64,000 nt of DNA, from NCBI GenBank assembly GCA_043803685.1, contig JAZDJU010000037.1:169518-233517 (forward strand), read 5' to 3'. The position numbers and the translations under genes were made by a program. Below, in pieces: positions 38,291-47,209 of this stretch; position 1 is the stretch's first letter; each line of letters begins with the position of its first letter. The notes under the pieces are model-generated. The model saw only the letters and a program-made list of their open reading frames with translations. It searched no databases and had not been told where the DNA came from. Origin of the DNA: Candidatus Omnitrophota bacterium (GTDB lineage Bacteria > Omnitrophota > Omnitrophia > Omnitrophales > Aquincolibacteriaceae).

Positions 38291-39436
38291 TCATTTCCGT
38301 TCTTCGTGCGGAATGTAATACTGCTCCTGCGGTCCAATGTATTCCGCGAGCGGTCGGATCAGACGGTTGTCCAGCTGCTGCTCGATGATGTGTCCGCTCC
38401 AACCGGCTACGCGGCTTGCGGCAAAGACCGTCGTGAAAAAATCCGGCGGGAATCCGAGCACATAAAGCACCGGCGCCGAGAAAAAGTCCACGTTGCAGGG
38501 GATCTTCTTCCGGTCCATCATGACCTTCTCAACATGCGCGGCGATCTCAAGCCAGTCCATCTTCCCCGCCTTGACGCACAGGTCGTGCGCGATCTGGCGG
38601 AACGCCTCGGCGCGTGGGTCGCGGGTCTTGTAGATCCGGTGCCCGAAGCCCATCACCTTCTTTTTTTCGTCCAAAAGCTTGTTCACATAAGCGACCGCAT
38701 TTTCCGGCTTCCCGATCTCGAGGATCATTTCCATCGCGTACTGGTTCGCCGCGCCATGGAGCTCGCCCGCAAGCGTCCCGACCGCGGAAGTGACCGCCGA
38801 ATACAGGTTCGACAGAGTTCCCGTCGTCACGCGTGCCGCGAATGTCGAGGCGTTAAGCCCATGGTCCGCCAAAAGGATCAGATAGGCATCGAGCGCCTTT
38901 TCCATTTCCGGCGTCGGTTTGGTGCCGTGCATCATATAAAGGAAATTGGCCGCATGCGAAAGGCTCATGTCCGGTTCGATGGGCTCTTTGCCTTCGCGAA
39001 GCCGGTAGAAAGCCGCGATAATCGTCGGGAAAACGCCCGTCAGGTGATACGCCTTGCGCTGGGATTCCTCGGGATTCACGATATGGGCCCGCGGATCGAT
39101 ACTTCCCATCAGCGAACACATCGTCCGGAGAGCGCTCATCGGATGAGTATGCGTGGGGAGAAGTTTCAGAACCTTCAGCGCGATCTCCGATAAAGGTCTT
39201 TGCGCCTTCAGCGTCTCCTTAAAAACCCGGAGCTCTTCGGTATTGGGAAGTTTCGCGTACCAAAGGTGATACGTGACTTCCTCGAAGTGGGATTTTTCGA
39301 CAAGCTCCCCGATGGGAAAGCCACGATAAAGAAGCCGGCCGTTCTCGCCGTCCACATCGCTTAAGGATGTCTGAGCGGCAACAACCCCTTCCAGACCTTT
39401 GACCAGTTTTGACGCGCTTGAAGGCTCTTTTTTCAT
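38291..39436 (-). CDS. gltA: Citrate synthase (short type)
   Basis: GLEGV, LLYRG, DHGLNASTF, LHGAAN, MGFGHRIYK.DPR, NVDF, RLIRP. Confidence 0.93.
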   Translation of the reverse strand: MKKEPSSASKLVKGLEGVVAAQTSLSDVDGENGRLLYRGFPIGELVEKSHFEEVTYHLWYAKLPNTEELRVFKETLKAQRPLSEIALKVLKLLPTHTHPMSALRTMCSLMGSIDPRAHIVNPEESQRKAYHLTGVFPTIIAAFYRLREGKEPIEPDMSLSHAANFLYMMHGTKPTPEMEKALDAYLILLADHGLNASTFAARVTTGTLSNLYSAVTSAVGTLAGELHGAANQYAMEMILEIGKPENAVAYVNKLLDEKKKVMGFGHRIYKTRDPRAEAFRQIAHDLCVKAGKMDWLEIAAHVEKVMMDRKKIPCNVDFFSAPVLYVLGFPPDFFTTVFAASRVAGWSGHIIEQQLDNRLIRPLAEYIGPQEQYYIPHEERK

Positions 39437-39513
39437 AGGACGATTCCTGTGTTGATCGATCGGTGAACGAATGCCGTATTATACTCATCCGAAGAAAAAC
39501 TGAAACTGCTGTT

Positions 39514-40209
39514 TTAAGGTGTTGTTGAAGCGGCTTTCCAGATGCGCACGAGGAAGATACGGCGCGGATGGATGAGGCGCCCGACGAGGAGTTGCGCGTC
39601 CCTTTCGAAGAACTCATTCTCTTCCGTCCCCGAGAGATCCTTCATCTTCAATTTTAGGGAAGAGAAGAACAGATTGGTCCTGGCCGCGATCGAAAGCCGC
39701 CTCACTCGTTCTTCGAAATAACGGACATTAACCTCTTTTTCGTCCGGCGAATCGGTTTTCTCAAAGACGATAATGAAAAAGGCTTCGCGAAAAGGCGCGA
39801 CCGTTTCCTTGTAGAGAGCCTCCCCCGGCTTATCAAAATAAATCGAAGAGGGCATGCTCAGATAGCGGGCGCCGTCGGGCTCCTGCAGGATCTTGTAAAG
39901 CGTCACACGCATTCCCACCACGGGGGCCGCGAGCTCCATCCGGAGATCCTCTCCTTCACGCGCGCCGAGCGCAAACACCTGAATAAGTTCTTCATGATGC
40001 GCCCGGTTGTTCCGGTGGACCAGCAATCGCAGAGGGCGCGTGCCAAAGCCCGACAAATCCTGGATCGTCGGCGTGACGAGCTTTCCGTCCAGATAAAATT
40101 TGGGCAGCCGCGGAATATCCTCATCCGCCATCAAGGAATTCGGGAAGCCGCCGGAGAGAGAGAAAAGCAACCCTGCCACCACCCCGCAAAAGCATCGGGA
40201 CTTTTTCAT
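39514..40209 (-). CDS. Hypothetical secreted protein
   Basis: 231-aa ORF with signal-like N-terminus, co-oriented with its neighbours; no family recognised. Confidence 0.6.
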   Translation of the reverse strand: MKKSRCFCGVVAGLLFSLSGGFPNSLMADEDIPRLPKFYLDGKLVTPTIQDLSGFGTRPLRLLVHRNNRAHHEELIQVFALGAREGEDLRMELAAPVVGMRVTLYKILQEPDGARYLSMPSSIYFDKPGEALYKETVAPFREAFFIIVFEKTDSPDEKEVNVRYFEERVRRLSIAARTNLFFSSLKLKMKDLSGTEENEFFERDAQLLVGRLIHPRRIFLVRIWKAASTTP

Positions 40210-40224
40210 TTTTGAGGCAGGGTC

Positions 40225-40758
40225 CTAGGCCCAGAGCTTCGGAAGAAGGAACGGTGTCGTTTTCTTGTAAGCGCGATAAGCGTCGCCGAAACGCTGTTCG
40301 AGCTCCTTCTCCTCAATGAGTTTGATCTCGAGAACCAAAAGAACGATCAAGACAAAAGCCGCGGCCCAGGAACCCGTCCGGTTGAAGATCACGGCCCAGC
40401 CTGACAGATACAGAAAAAAACCGAGCATCATGGGATTGCGACAATACCTGTAGGGCCCCGAAGCCAGCAGTTCCCTGGTCGGCACCGCGGGAACGGGGGT
40501 CCCCTTCCCTTTCGAGAGCTGCCAAAACACAGCCCAGATCACCCACGGAATGCCCGTCGCAAAAAAAAGAAAGCTCGCAAGGACCACGATCACACCACGG
40601 ATAAAAACCTCTTCCCCCCACAACCCACACACTCCCACGAGCACCGGCCAGCCCGCGAGAAAAAGCACCGCACCCAACACCGTTGCCACCGCCCGGTAAC
40701 CCGCCGAATACTCCCTGCCCGCCCTCGTCACCAAATACTGGATCAGCTTGTCGAACAT
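40225..40758 (-). CDS. Isoprenylcysteine carboxyl methyltransferase/PEMT family membrane protein
   Basis: GKGTPVP, GPYRYCRNPMMLG, EEKELEQRFGDAYRAYKKTTP. Confidence 0.9.
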   Translation of the reverse strand: MFDKLIQYLVTRAGREYSAGYRAVATVLGAVLFLAGWPVLVGVCGLWGEEVFIRGVIVVLASFLFFATGIPWVIWAVFWQLSKGKGTPVPAVPTRELLASGPYRYCRNPMMLGFFLYLSGWAVIFNRTGSWAAAFVLIVLLVLEIKLIEEKELEQRFGDAYRAYKKTTPFLLPKLWA

Positions 40759-42491
40759 GGTCGCGCCCTCGATGTCATTTTTGTTTCTTCTTCCAAGGCT
40801 TGAGCGCCTTGTTGCGTTCCAGCGCTAACCTCTGAAATATAAATCTGCTCAAGGGCCTGTGTTGGAAAGCGCTTAACGTCTAAAGTGCGGCCGTTTGGAT
40901 ATTTTTTAAAAAATAGCTCTTCTTAAAAGAATCTCAAAAAAACGTTGCGTCTATTTATCGTCTTCGATCTCATAAACAATACCATAAGCAGATAAATCCG
41001 GCCTCTTGGCAGGATGACGCGCATTAAAAGCCCACTTTCTTTTCGAACTCGGTCCCATGGGAAGATACTCGATGATAGCGCGGACTTTCCCTCCGGGTGT
41101 CAGTAATACACTAAGCAGCTGGTAGGTCCAAGTCCAGCCCATGTCCACAACCCCACGTTTCATCAACGCCTCGGGAGTCAGCTGAGTTTGTTTGAAAGGG
41201 ATGATCCCCTTATGGCTCGCCAACGAATCGCAAAATGCGGAACAATATTTCCTCCATTGCATTGTCGCGAAAACATGCCAGGTGATCTGCGCGCAAGCTA
41301 AAACCGCCACTATCATAAAGCCACGGACCCAGGATCGCCTTTTTTGAAATTGCGGGAAGGCCCGTAATCCCAACAAAACAAAAGTAAGCGGCACTGGTAA
41401 AAAACAGTAAAACCCACGCATCTGATAATGGGTGGCCGGATGGACCCAGCCAGGGAAAAATAAGGGAATGAATCCAAGGAAAACCGCAAAAGGGCAGAAA
41501 ACCCAGAACGAAAAAGAAAAGATCCTTCTACCAGATTTACCCGCCATGAAGGGCATCGCTGACAAAAATAGGATCGCCACGAGCGACAAAAACAACATGG
41601 GGTGTTTTCCCAAGAGACCGAGATTGATTACTGAAAAAAAACCGTTCTTGAAACCCTCAAAGTTTTGTGGGCAGGAAGGCGCGATAATCGATTGCATCGC
41701 GATCAATGCGCCGGTGAAAAACCAAAACGCAATAAAGATCCAGATCGCTCGGCTGAATGGATTTTTTTCTTCGCGGCAGGATCGCCAAATCGCGAGAGCT
41801 CCCAAGATCATTCCAAGGTAGGCCATGGATTCATAGGTCCGAAAGCTCACAAAAGCCATGACGGCGAATATGGACGCTTTCCAGAAATTAAAACTCTCAC
41901 AGAAAAGAATGAAAAACAGTAACGCCCAATATAAGGACACCATCAGAAGCCCTTCAGCGACAATCACCATGGACCCATTCATAGAACCCGCAAACAATGA
42001 GATCAGCGGAAACAACAAATAGCGGAGATTCTTTCGTCCCGCCGCCCAGGCACAAAGCCATAAACTCAAAAATAAATGGAGAAAAAGAGGCGCTGAAAAC
42101 AAGAAAGACAAGGTCGGCAGGTTTCGAATCCCAGATTTAATCGCCCAAAAAACGGGCATTTGCAAAAAACCTTCTCCAAACTCCCTGGAAGCCCATGACA
42201 AGTAGGGCTTCTGATCCCTAAGAAGCCGTACGAACCACCATGACCCGTCAGCATACCAAGCTCGTCCGGAAAAGATGGCGAAAAGATCCGCGCACAGATA
42301 AAAAGTGATTCCTCCCAGTAAGGCCGCAAAGACCCAGGGATGTTGCGTCATAAAGCTTCGGCCCAGCACCGTCGCTAACGCCCGGGAACCCGCCGAATAC
42401 TCCCTGCCCGCCCGCGTCACCAGATACTGGATCAGTTTGTCGAACATGGTCGCGCCCTCGATGTCATTTTTGTTTCTTCTTCCAATGCTTG
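40673..42491. repeat. 130-bp imperfect direct repeat pair (40673-40802 and 42362-42491)
   Basis: Both copies contain the 3' end of the small CxxC gene, the spacer and the first ~29 codons MFDKLIQYLVTRAGREYSAG..; offset 1689 bp. Confidence 0.92.
40951..42447 (-). CDS. Polytopic membrane protein, possibly GT-C-fold glycosyltransferase; N-terminus borrowed from the duplicated methyltransferase start
   Basis: Many hydrophobic segments, R.WYADG motif after the first TM, visibly more AT-rich. Alternative native start MTQHPW at 42351. Confidence 0.7.
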   Translation of the reverse strand: MFDKLIQYLVTRAGREYSAGSRALATVLGRSFMTQHPWVFAALLGGITFYLCADLFAIFSGRAWYADGSWWFVRLLRDQKPYLSWASREFGEGFLQMPVFWAIKSGIRNLPTLSFLFSAPLFLHLFLSLWLCAWAAGRKNLRYLLFPLISLFAGSMNGSMVIVAEGLLMVSLYWALLFFILFCESFNFWKASIFAVMAFVSFRTYESMAYLGMILGALAIWRSCREEKNPFSRAIWIFIAFWFFTGALIAMQSIIAPSCPQNFEGFKNGFFSVINLGLLGKHPMLFLSLVAILFLSAMPFMAGKSGRRIFSFSFWVFCPFAVFLGFIPLFFPGWVHPATHYQMRGFYCFLPVPLTFVLLGLRAFPQFQKRRSWVRGFMIVAVLACAQITWHVFATMQWRKYCSAFCDSLASHKGIIPFKQTQLTPEALMKRGVVDMGWTWTYQLLSVLLTPGGKVRAIIEYLPMGPSSKRKWAFNARHPAKRPDLSAYGIVYEIEDDK

Positions 42492-42732
42492 CATCCCTTT
42501 TCGACCAGCGCCGGGGGGATATCCTTGTTCGCGCCCTTCCCGTGGATCTCGAACCAGGTGCAGATCCCCAGAAACGTATTTTCGAAATCTCTCCGGTAAC
42601 CACAGTCCCAACACATATTATCCCGCCTTTGCGGCGGCGGGATGGGGCAGTCCAAGTCGCCTTTCATAAATGAAAATAAGGACTTGGACGGTCCCAGCAA
42701 GTCGCGTTTGATTCTTGGGTTGAGCTGCTCAT
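42464..42732 (-). pseudogene. 60-aa Cys-rich (CxxC..C..C) protein interrupted by an 86-bp hairpin array
   Basis: AGGAG RBS, ATG at 42732, TGnTATAAT upstream (42791-42799). Removing 42605-42690 gives MSSSTQESNATCWDCGYRRDF...GCKHWKKKQK. Confidence 0.7.
42605..42690. repeat. Two-module hairpin array
   Basis: gtccca..tggggc (42605-42648, contains atcccgcc..ggcgggat) and perfect gtccaagtc..gacttggac (42650-42689), the same module as 12496-12535 and 14950-14990 in reverse orientation. Confidence 0.8.
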
Positions 42733-43011
42733 TGAAACTCCTGCCTGATGGATGAAGAACGACCATCTTCTGTTTTCTGGATAAGGACGGATTATATCAC
42801 AAAGAAAAACAGCGCCTCATGACGGGATAGCGCCTTCTCCCCCTGTTTGACGCGTTCCTTCGCCCGCCGGAAGTTTTCAGACTGAGCCTCGGGCCATAAG
42901 CCGCTATTTGCCCGGGCAAGTCGGTTTTGACGTCGAAATGCGAGAGTGGGGTTATGAACAAAAATCGGGGGCTGTGCTGGAGATCGCTTCGGGGATATTT
43001 ATTACGGTTAA

Positions 43012-43248
43012 TTATTTACCGTATTTTCGATATATTTCGCAACGGGTGGGGCAACTGCAGATAGTCGAATGCCCGAACGGCGCTGCGTAAGAACACACCC
43101 CATAATCTTTCTTCTCAACAAAAGCATGCTCTTCGCTAAAAAGATCTTCGATCTCACATCCCGGGCAGCAACCGTCCTTTAAACATTTAAAATCAGACGG
43201 ACATTTTGTCGTTTTCTTAAGGATTGCTTCAGCGATCTGGAATAGCAC
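43012..43248 (-). CDS. Small cysteine-rich hypothetical protein
   Basis: 78 aa, 9 Cys, AAGGAG RBS before GTG, downstream of the HTH-receiver gene. Confidence 0.7.
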   Translation of the reverse strand: MLFQIAEAILKKTTKCPSDFKCLKDGCCPGCEIEDLFSEEHAFVEKKDYGVCSYAAPFGHSTICSCPTRCEIYRKYGK

Positions 43249-43344
43249 GGTTTCTTTTGCTCCTTGTCTCTGGATGTGTGTTGATCGTCTTAAGGGATCG
43301 AACTTTCCGCCGCTCCGGATTAAAGGATTTGAGGGGGTTTGAAC

Positions 43345-43899
43345 TTAAGCGATGTTCCGCTTGATCACTTCCAAAAAATAATCCAACTCGAAAGGTTTCA
43401 TGATGAAGTTCTTCACGCCAATCGTTTCCGCTTCGTTTCTCGCGTGACTATCCTCATACGCCGTCATGATGACCTCGGGACGGATCTCTCGGCCTGTTTT
43501 TTCGCGGACCCTACGGATCGCTTTCAGCGTTTCCAAACCATCCATGCCTGGCATGCGCATGTCCGTCAGCGTCAAATTGAAATCTTCACGCTGGGATAGT
43601 TGCACCGCGGTCTTTCCGTCATGGGCGACGGTGACCGAGTAGCCCGCGCGACTGAGCATGATCCGAATGGATTCATGAACAAGAATGTCATCATCCACCA
43701 CGAGGATTTTTTTTGGCTGCGGCGCCGCCGCCTTACGCCCCGATTCAATAAGCTGGTCAAGGTCTCTTGGGTCAAAACGGTAGAGATGTCCCAAGCGAAT
43801 GGGCTTCAAAATCCCCTCTTCGATCCAGTGGTAAACGGTCCGTCGGGAAATGTTAAGGCGGGCCATGACATCTTTAACTTTGAGAAGCTGCTCGTTCAT
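43345..43899 (-). CDS. Excisionase-type HTH (HTH_17) fused to a response-regulator receiver
   Basis: LLKVKDVMARLNISRRTVYHWIEEG..YRF, then ILVVDDD, TDMRMPGMDG, MTAY, KPF. Confidence 0.88.
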   Translation of the reverse strand: MNEQLLKVKDVMARLNISRRTVYHWIEEGILKPIRLGHLYRFDPRDLDQLIESGRKAAAPQPKKILVVDDDILVHESIRIMLSRAGYSVTVAHDGKTAVQLSQREDFNLTLTDMRMPGMDGLETLKAIRRVREKTGREIRPEVIMTAYEDSHARNEAETIGVKNFIMKPFELDYFLEVIKRNIA

Positions 43900-44139
43900 G
43901 GTTAAAACCTTATGTCAAATGGGCCATAGTGTGCATTTTTGGTATTATTGCGCTATATAATGACAAGCCCTGCTTTTAAATTCAACATTTATTTTACATG
44001 TCACCCAAAGAGTATTTCTTAGTGAGAATATTCCGCTTTTTAGCAGAAGGAAGGCCTTGAAAGCAAGATCACTCTCTTAGATGGGGCGGGGCCAGGGAGT
44101 GACGACGAGCGAATCGGAACCAATAACAGTCTGGCAGGA

Positions 44140-44877
44140 CTATTCCACTGAGCTCAAAAAAAGATCAAAGCAAGGCGGGATCGCCGAGGTGAACTTCACA
44201 GCTTCGCCCGTCATGGGGTGACGGAATTCCAACTGCGACGCGTGCAACAGAAGACGCTCGGTCTTCACCACAGGCCGCATGTCCTCAAGCCATCCTTCGT
44301 GAATGTACCGCTCAAAGATCTTCGGATCAATGTAGATCTTGTCGCCGACGAGCGGATGCCCCAGAAAGGAAAGGTGCGCGCGGATCTGATGAGTGCGACC
44401 GGTCTCAGGGATGACCTTAAGAAGAGAATACCCGCCGGAGCTGTTTAAAACCTGATAGTCCGTTCGCGCTGTCTCGCCCGCAGGATCAGGAATACGAATA
44501 TGCTGGCTACAATCCGTCTTTGTTCCCAGAGAGACCGAAATCGTACCTTCCTGGGCTTCCGGCTTTCCGAACACCACCGCGTGATAAGCCTTTGCCACAT
44601 GCCGGTTCTCGAAAAGCTTCCCGAGCTTCCCCGCCGCCACGCTCGACTTCGCGACAAGTACGATCCCGCTCGTCTCGGAGTCCAACCGGTTCACGATCCG
44701 GAAGCCTTCCGGCCCTGCGCCGAGATCCCGGATCAAAAGACTAAGAAGGTTCTTTTCCTTGAAGCGCCCGACCGCGTGGACCGGAAGCGGCGCAGGCTTG
44801 TCCACCACGAGAAAGAACGCGTCTTCCCAGAGGACCTTGTATCCCGTTTCCACATAAAGATCAGCTTCCGTGCGCAT
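44140..44877 (-). CDS. RluA/RluD family pseudouridine synthase
   Basis: VVDKP, NRLDSETSG, TGRTHQIRAHL, PLVGDKIY, LLHA. Start MRTEAD. Confidence 0.92.
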   Translation of the reverse strand: MRTEADLYVETGYKVLWEDAFFLVVDKPAPLPVHAVGRFKEKNLLSLLIRDLGAGPEGFRIVNRLDSETSGIVLVAKSSVAAGKLGKLFENRHVAKAYHAVVFGKPEAQEGTISVSLGTKTDCSQHIRIPDPAGETARTDYQVLNSSGGYSLLKVIPETGRTHQIRAHLSFLGHPLVGDKIYIDPKIFERYIHEGWLEDMRPVVKTERLLLHASQLEFRHPMTGEAVKFTSAIPPCFDLFLSSVE

Positions 44878-44947
44878 GGAGGAATTGTATCCCGCCCACA
44901 CCGCCTCGTCCACTTTCGCCGAAGGGCCCCGGAGAACTGTTGGGTTT

Positions 44948-45361
44948 TTAATCTTCCGTGGGACGGCCGCGGAGTCGCTTCTTCGAGCCATGCCGCTGCT
45001 TGTCATCGAGCATTTTGTCTTTGGCGCGACGAGAACGTTTGCGTTTCTGGCGCCGGATCTTCGAGATCCGCCGGGCGTCCTCACTCTCCCGTCCCAGGAT
45101 CTGCGCTTCCAGTTTGTCGGCCAGCATCCTTCGCGCCCGGTACCGGTTCATGGACTGCGTGCGTTCCTGCTGGCATTTGACCGAAAGGCCCGTGGGCTTG
45201 TGCTTCAAAACAACGCACGTGGAGACCTTATTGACATTCTGGCCTCCCGGTCCTCCGGAGCACACGAACGATTCCTCAAGGTCCTGCTCACGGATCCCGA
45301 GCCGTTCCATCTGACTCTGGAGACCTTGTCGCTTCCTTTCAGACACCGGATAAATATTCAT
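44948..45361 (-). CDS. Peptide chain release factor-like ribosome rescue protein (ArfB/YaeJ-like)
   Basis: SGGPGGQNVNKVST, CQQERTQSMNR, basic C-terminal tail. Confidence 0.88.
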   Translation of the reverse strand: MNIYPVSERKRQGLQSQMERLGIREQDLEESFVCSGGPGGQNVNKVSTCVVLKHKPTGLSVKCQQERTQSMNRYRARRMLADKLEAQILGRESEDARRISKIRRQKRKRSRRAKDKMLDDKQRHGSKKRLRGRPTED

Positions 45362-45372
45362 ACGTAAGGCCC

Positions 45373-47058
45373 TTAAGGTTGGCTAGAAAGCTCGGAAAGG
45401 AATTTCTGGATGCGAATGCTTCCGGGAAGCGCCTGCCGTCCTTTTTCAAGGACCTCGCGCGCTTCCTTTCCCTCTCTTATCTGACAAAGGACCGCGGCCA
45501 GATTCAAATAGATCCGTTCTTCGTAGGAATAGATCGCAAGCGCCTTTTCCAAAGCCTCTCTTGCTTTCGGAAATTGTCCCAAATGAGCCAGGACCAGACC
45601 TTTTTGAAACCAGGATTGGTAAAAGTTCGGATCCATCCGGATCGCCTGGTCATATTCCGCCAAAGCCTCCCAAAACTTTGAGAGTTTTAAGTAAGACATG
45701 CCCATATTATGATGCGTCTGCGGGAATTCATCGCTGATCGCGATGGCTTTCCGGTAATACTCGATCGCGGCCTCGGGCTTTCCGCTGTCATCGAGCGCCA
45801 TCGCGTAATTGCTGGTAATCTTCGCGGACCCGGGTTCCCAGTAAAGGATATGCCGGTAAAGTTTTTCGTTCGTCGCCCACCGGCCATTATTCAGGACCGT
45901 CAGAACAGCGAGTGCCGCAAGGATCGTGATAAAAAAGATCCTCCCGAGAGGCCGCCCCACGCCTTTTGTTTCCTCGAGAGGCTGCGCGAAATCCGCCAGC
46001 ATGATCACAAGCCCCAGTCCCGGCAGGATGAACCAGTGGTCGTAAAAGATCGCGTTGATCGGGATGAGGAGATTCGAGGTCGGGAGCGTTGCGACGAGGA
46101 ACCAGAGGCCGCCCCAAACCGCCTTCGGATATTTCCTCCGACCTAGCCAAAGAGCGAACGCGGTCACAACGAGAAGAAGCGCGGAACCCCAAACCTGGAA
46201 CAACCTCAGATCCACGAATACCTTCCAAGATCGCTCATGATGCAGATCATAGGGCGCCACCCAGAGCGCCAGGGCTTTGGGGAGAGTCGTAAGATAGGTG
46301 TAGAGCCGATAAATGAAATGTTCGGTAAAAATATTCGAGTGCTGATAAAAATTGAGCGTGCTCCCGAAATTCAAGACCGTGAGACGCAGCGCCATATACC
46401 CCGCCGAGATCAAAACGAAAGGCAGAAGGCGTAGCCACACGATCTTCTCACAGCGCATCTTCTGATAGATCCAGAGAAACACCGGGAAAAGGGCCAGGCT
46501 TTCCTTCGAAGTCATGGCGAGAATATGGCACAAGACCGCGAGCCAGGGACGCTTGGAATAAGTCAGGAGCCCCACGCACAGAAAAAGGATCGCCAGAAGA
46601 TCGTTCCGCCCCGAGACATAGGCCACGAGCTCGGAGAGGAGCGGATGCACGCAAAAGAGAGCGGCGAAGGCGCCCGCGATCCTCGGAGAAAAAAGCGAGC
46701 GGAATAATTTCAGAACCGCCAACGACATCCCCAGGACCAAAAACAGATTGGTGAGATGGTGGCCCCAGGCCTGGGAACCCCACAAGTGGCTATCCAGGAA
46801 ATGCGTCAGCGCCGGGAACGGCCGGAAAAAATTACTCGGCATCCCCGCACCCGCCACCGCGTTCTTGGTTAAAAGGTCCGGCAGGAATTTCCAGTGGGTC
46901 AGGAAAACATTTTTAACGATGAGTTGCTCGTCTTCCCAGACGAAGGCCCCAGGAATGCAGTTGGCGTAGACCGCCAGGACAAGGAGTGCGAACCAGAATT
47001 CCACGCGGGAGAACAGGGCCCGGACTTTTTCACTGCTCGCGCGCAATATCGCATTCAT
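45373..47058 (-). CDS. TMTC-like membrane glycosyltransferase with C-terminal TPR repeats
   Basis: FVWED..LI..N, FFRP, HLTNL, HP..SE.VAYVSGRND, SKE, multiple TM segments, TPRs. Confidence 0.85.
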   Translation of the reverse strand: MNAILRASSEKVRALFSRVEFWFALLVLAVYANCIPGAFVWEDEQLIVKNVFLTHWKFLPDLLTKNAVAGAGMPSNFFRPFPALTHFLDSHLWGSQAWGHHLTNLFLVLGMSLAVLKLFRSLFSPRIAGAFAALFCVHPLLSELVAYVSGRNDLLAILFLCVGLLTYSKRPWLAVLCHILAMTSKESLALFPVFLWIYQKMRCEKIVWLRLLPFVLISAGYMALRLTVLNFGSTLNFYQHSNIFTEHFIYRLYTYLTTLPKALALWVAPYDLHHERSWKVFVDLRLFQVWGSALLLVVTAFALWLGRRKYPKAVWGGLWFLVATLPTSNLLIPINAIFYDHWFILPGLGLVIMLADFAQPLEETKGVGRPLGRIFFITILAALAVLTVLNNGRWATNEKLYRHILYWEPGSAKITSNYAMALDDSGKPEAAIEYYRKAIAISDEFPQTHHNMGMSYLKLSKFWEALAEYDQAIRMDPNFYQSWFQKGLVLAHLGQFPKAREALEKALAIYSYEERIYLNLAAVLCQIREGKEAREVLEKGRQALPGSIRIQKFLSELSSQP

Positions 47059-47121
47059 CTCTTTTCTTCCATGGTTTTCAGGGCGACTATTTTTGGCGAG
47101 ATTGCAGCGCTGTGGTCCTTG

Positions 47122-47156
47122 CGAAACAATGGGGTCTGCCCCCTTTTTCCCTCTAC
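47122..47156. repeat. Degenerate copy of the 29/35-bp GGGGTCTGACCCC repeat
   Basis: cgaaacaatggggtctgccccctttttccctctac versus 48626-48660, 3 mismatches. Confidence 0.85.
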
Positions 47157-47209
47157 AGCGAACTTTCGGAGCCGTAGCGCGTAACTCGTGGTCCGATGCT
47201 ACCCGCAGC

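Noticed and set aside
40803..40950. Integron attC site(s)
   Set aside because: AAC/GTT boxes and an attC-like caacaaggcgctcaag occur, but I could not form a proper R''/L''-L'/R' pairing and no integrase is in the window.
43345..43899. Prophage or ICE excisionase
   Set aside because: The HTH is fused to a receiver domain, and no integrase, att-tRNA or phage genes are nearby.
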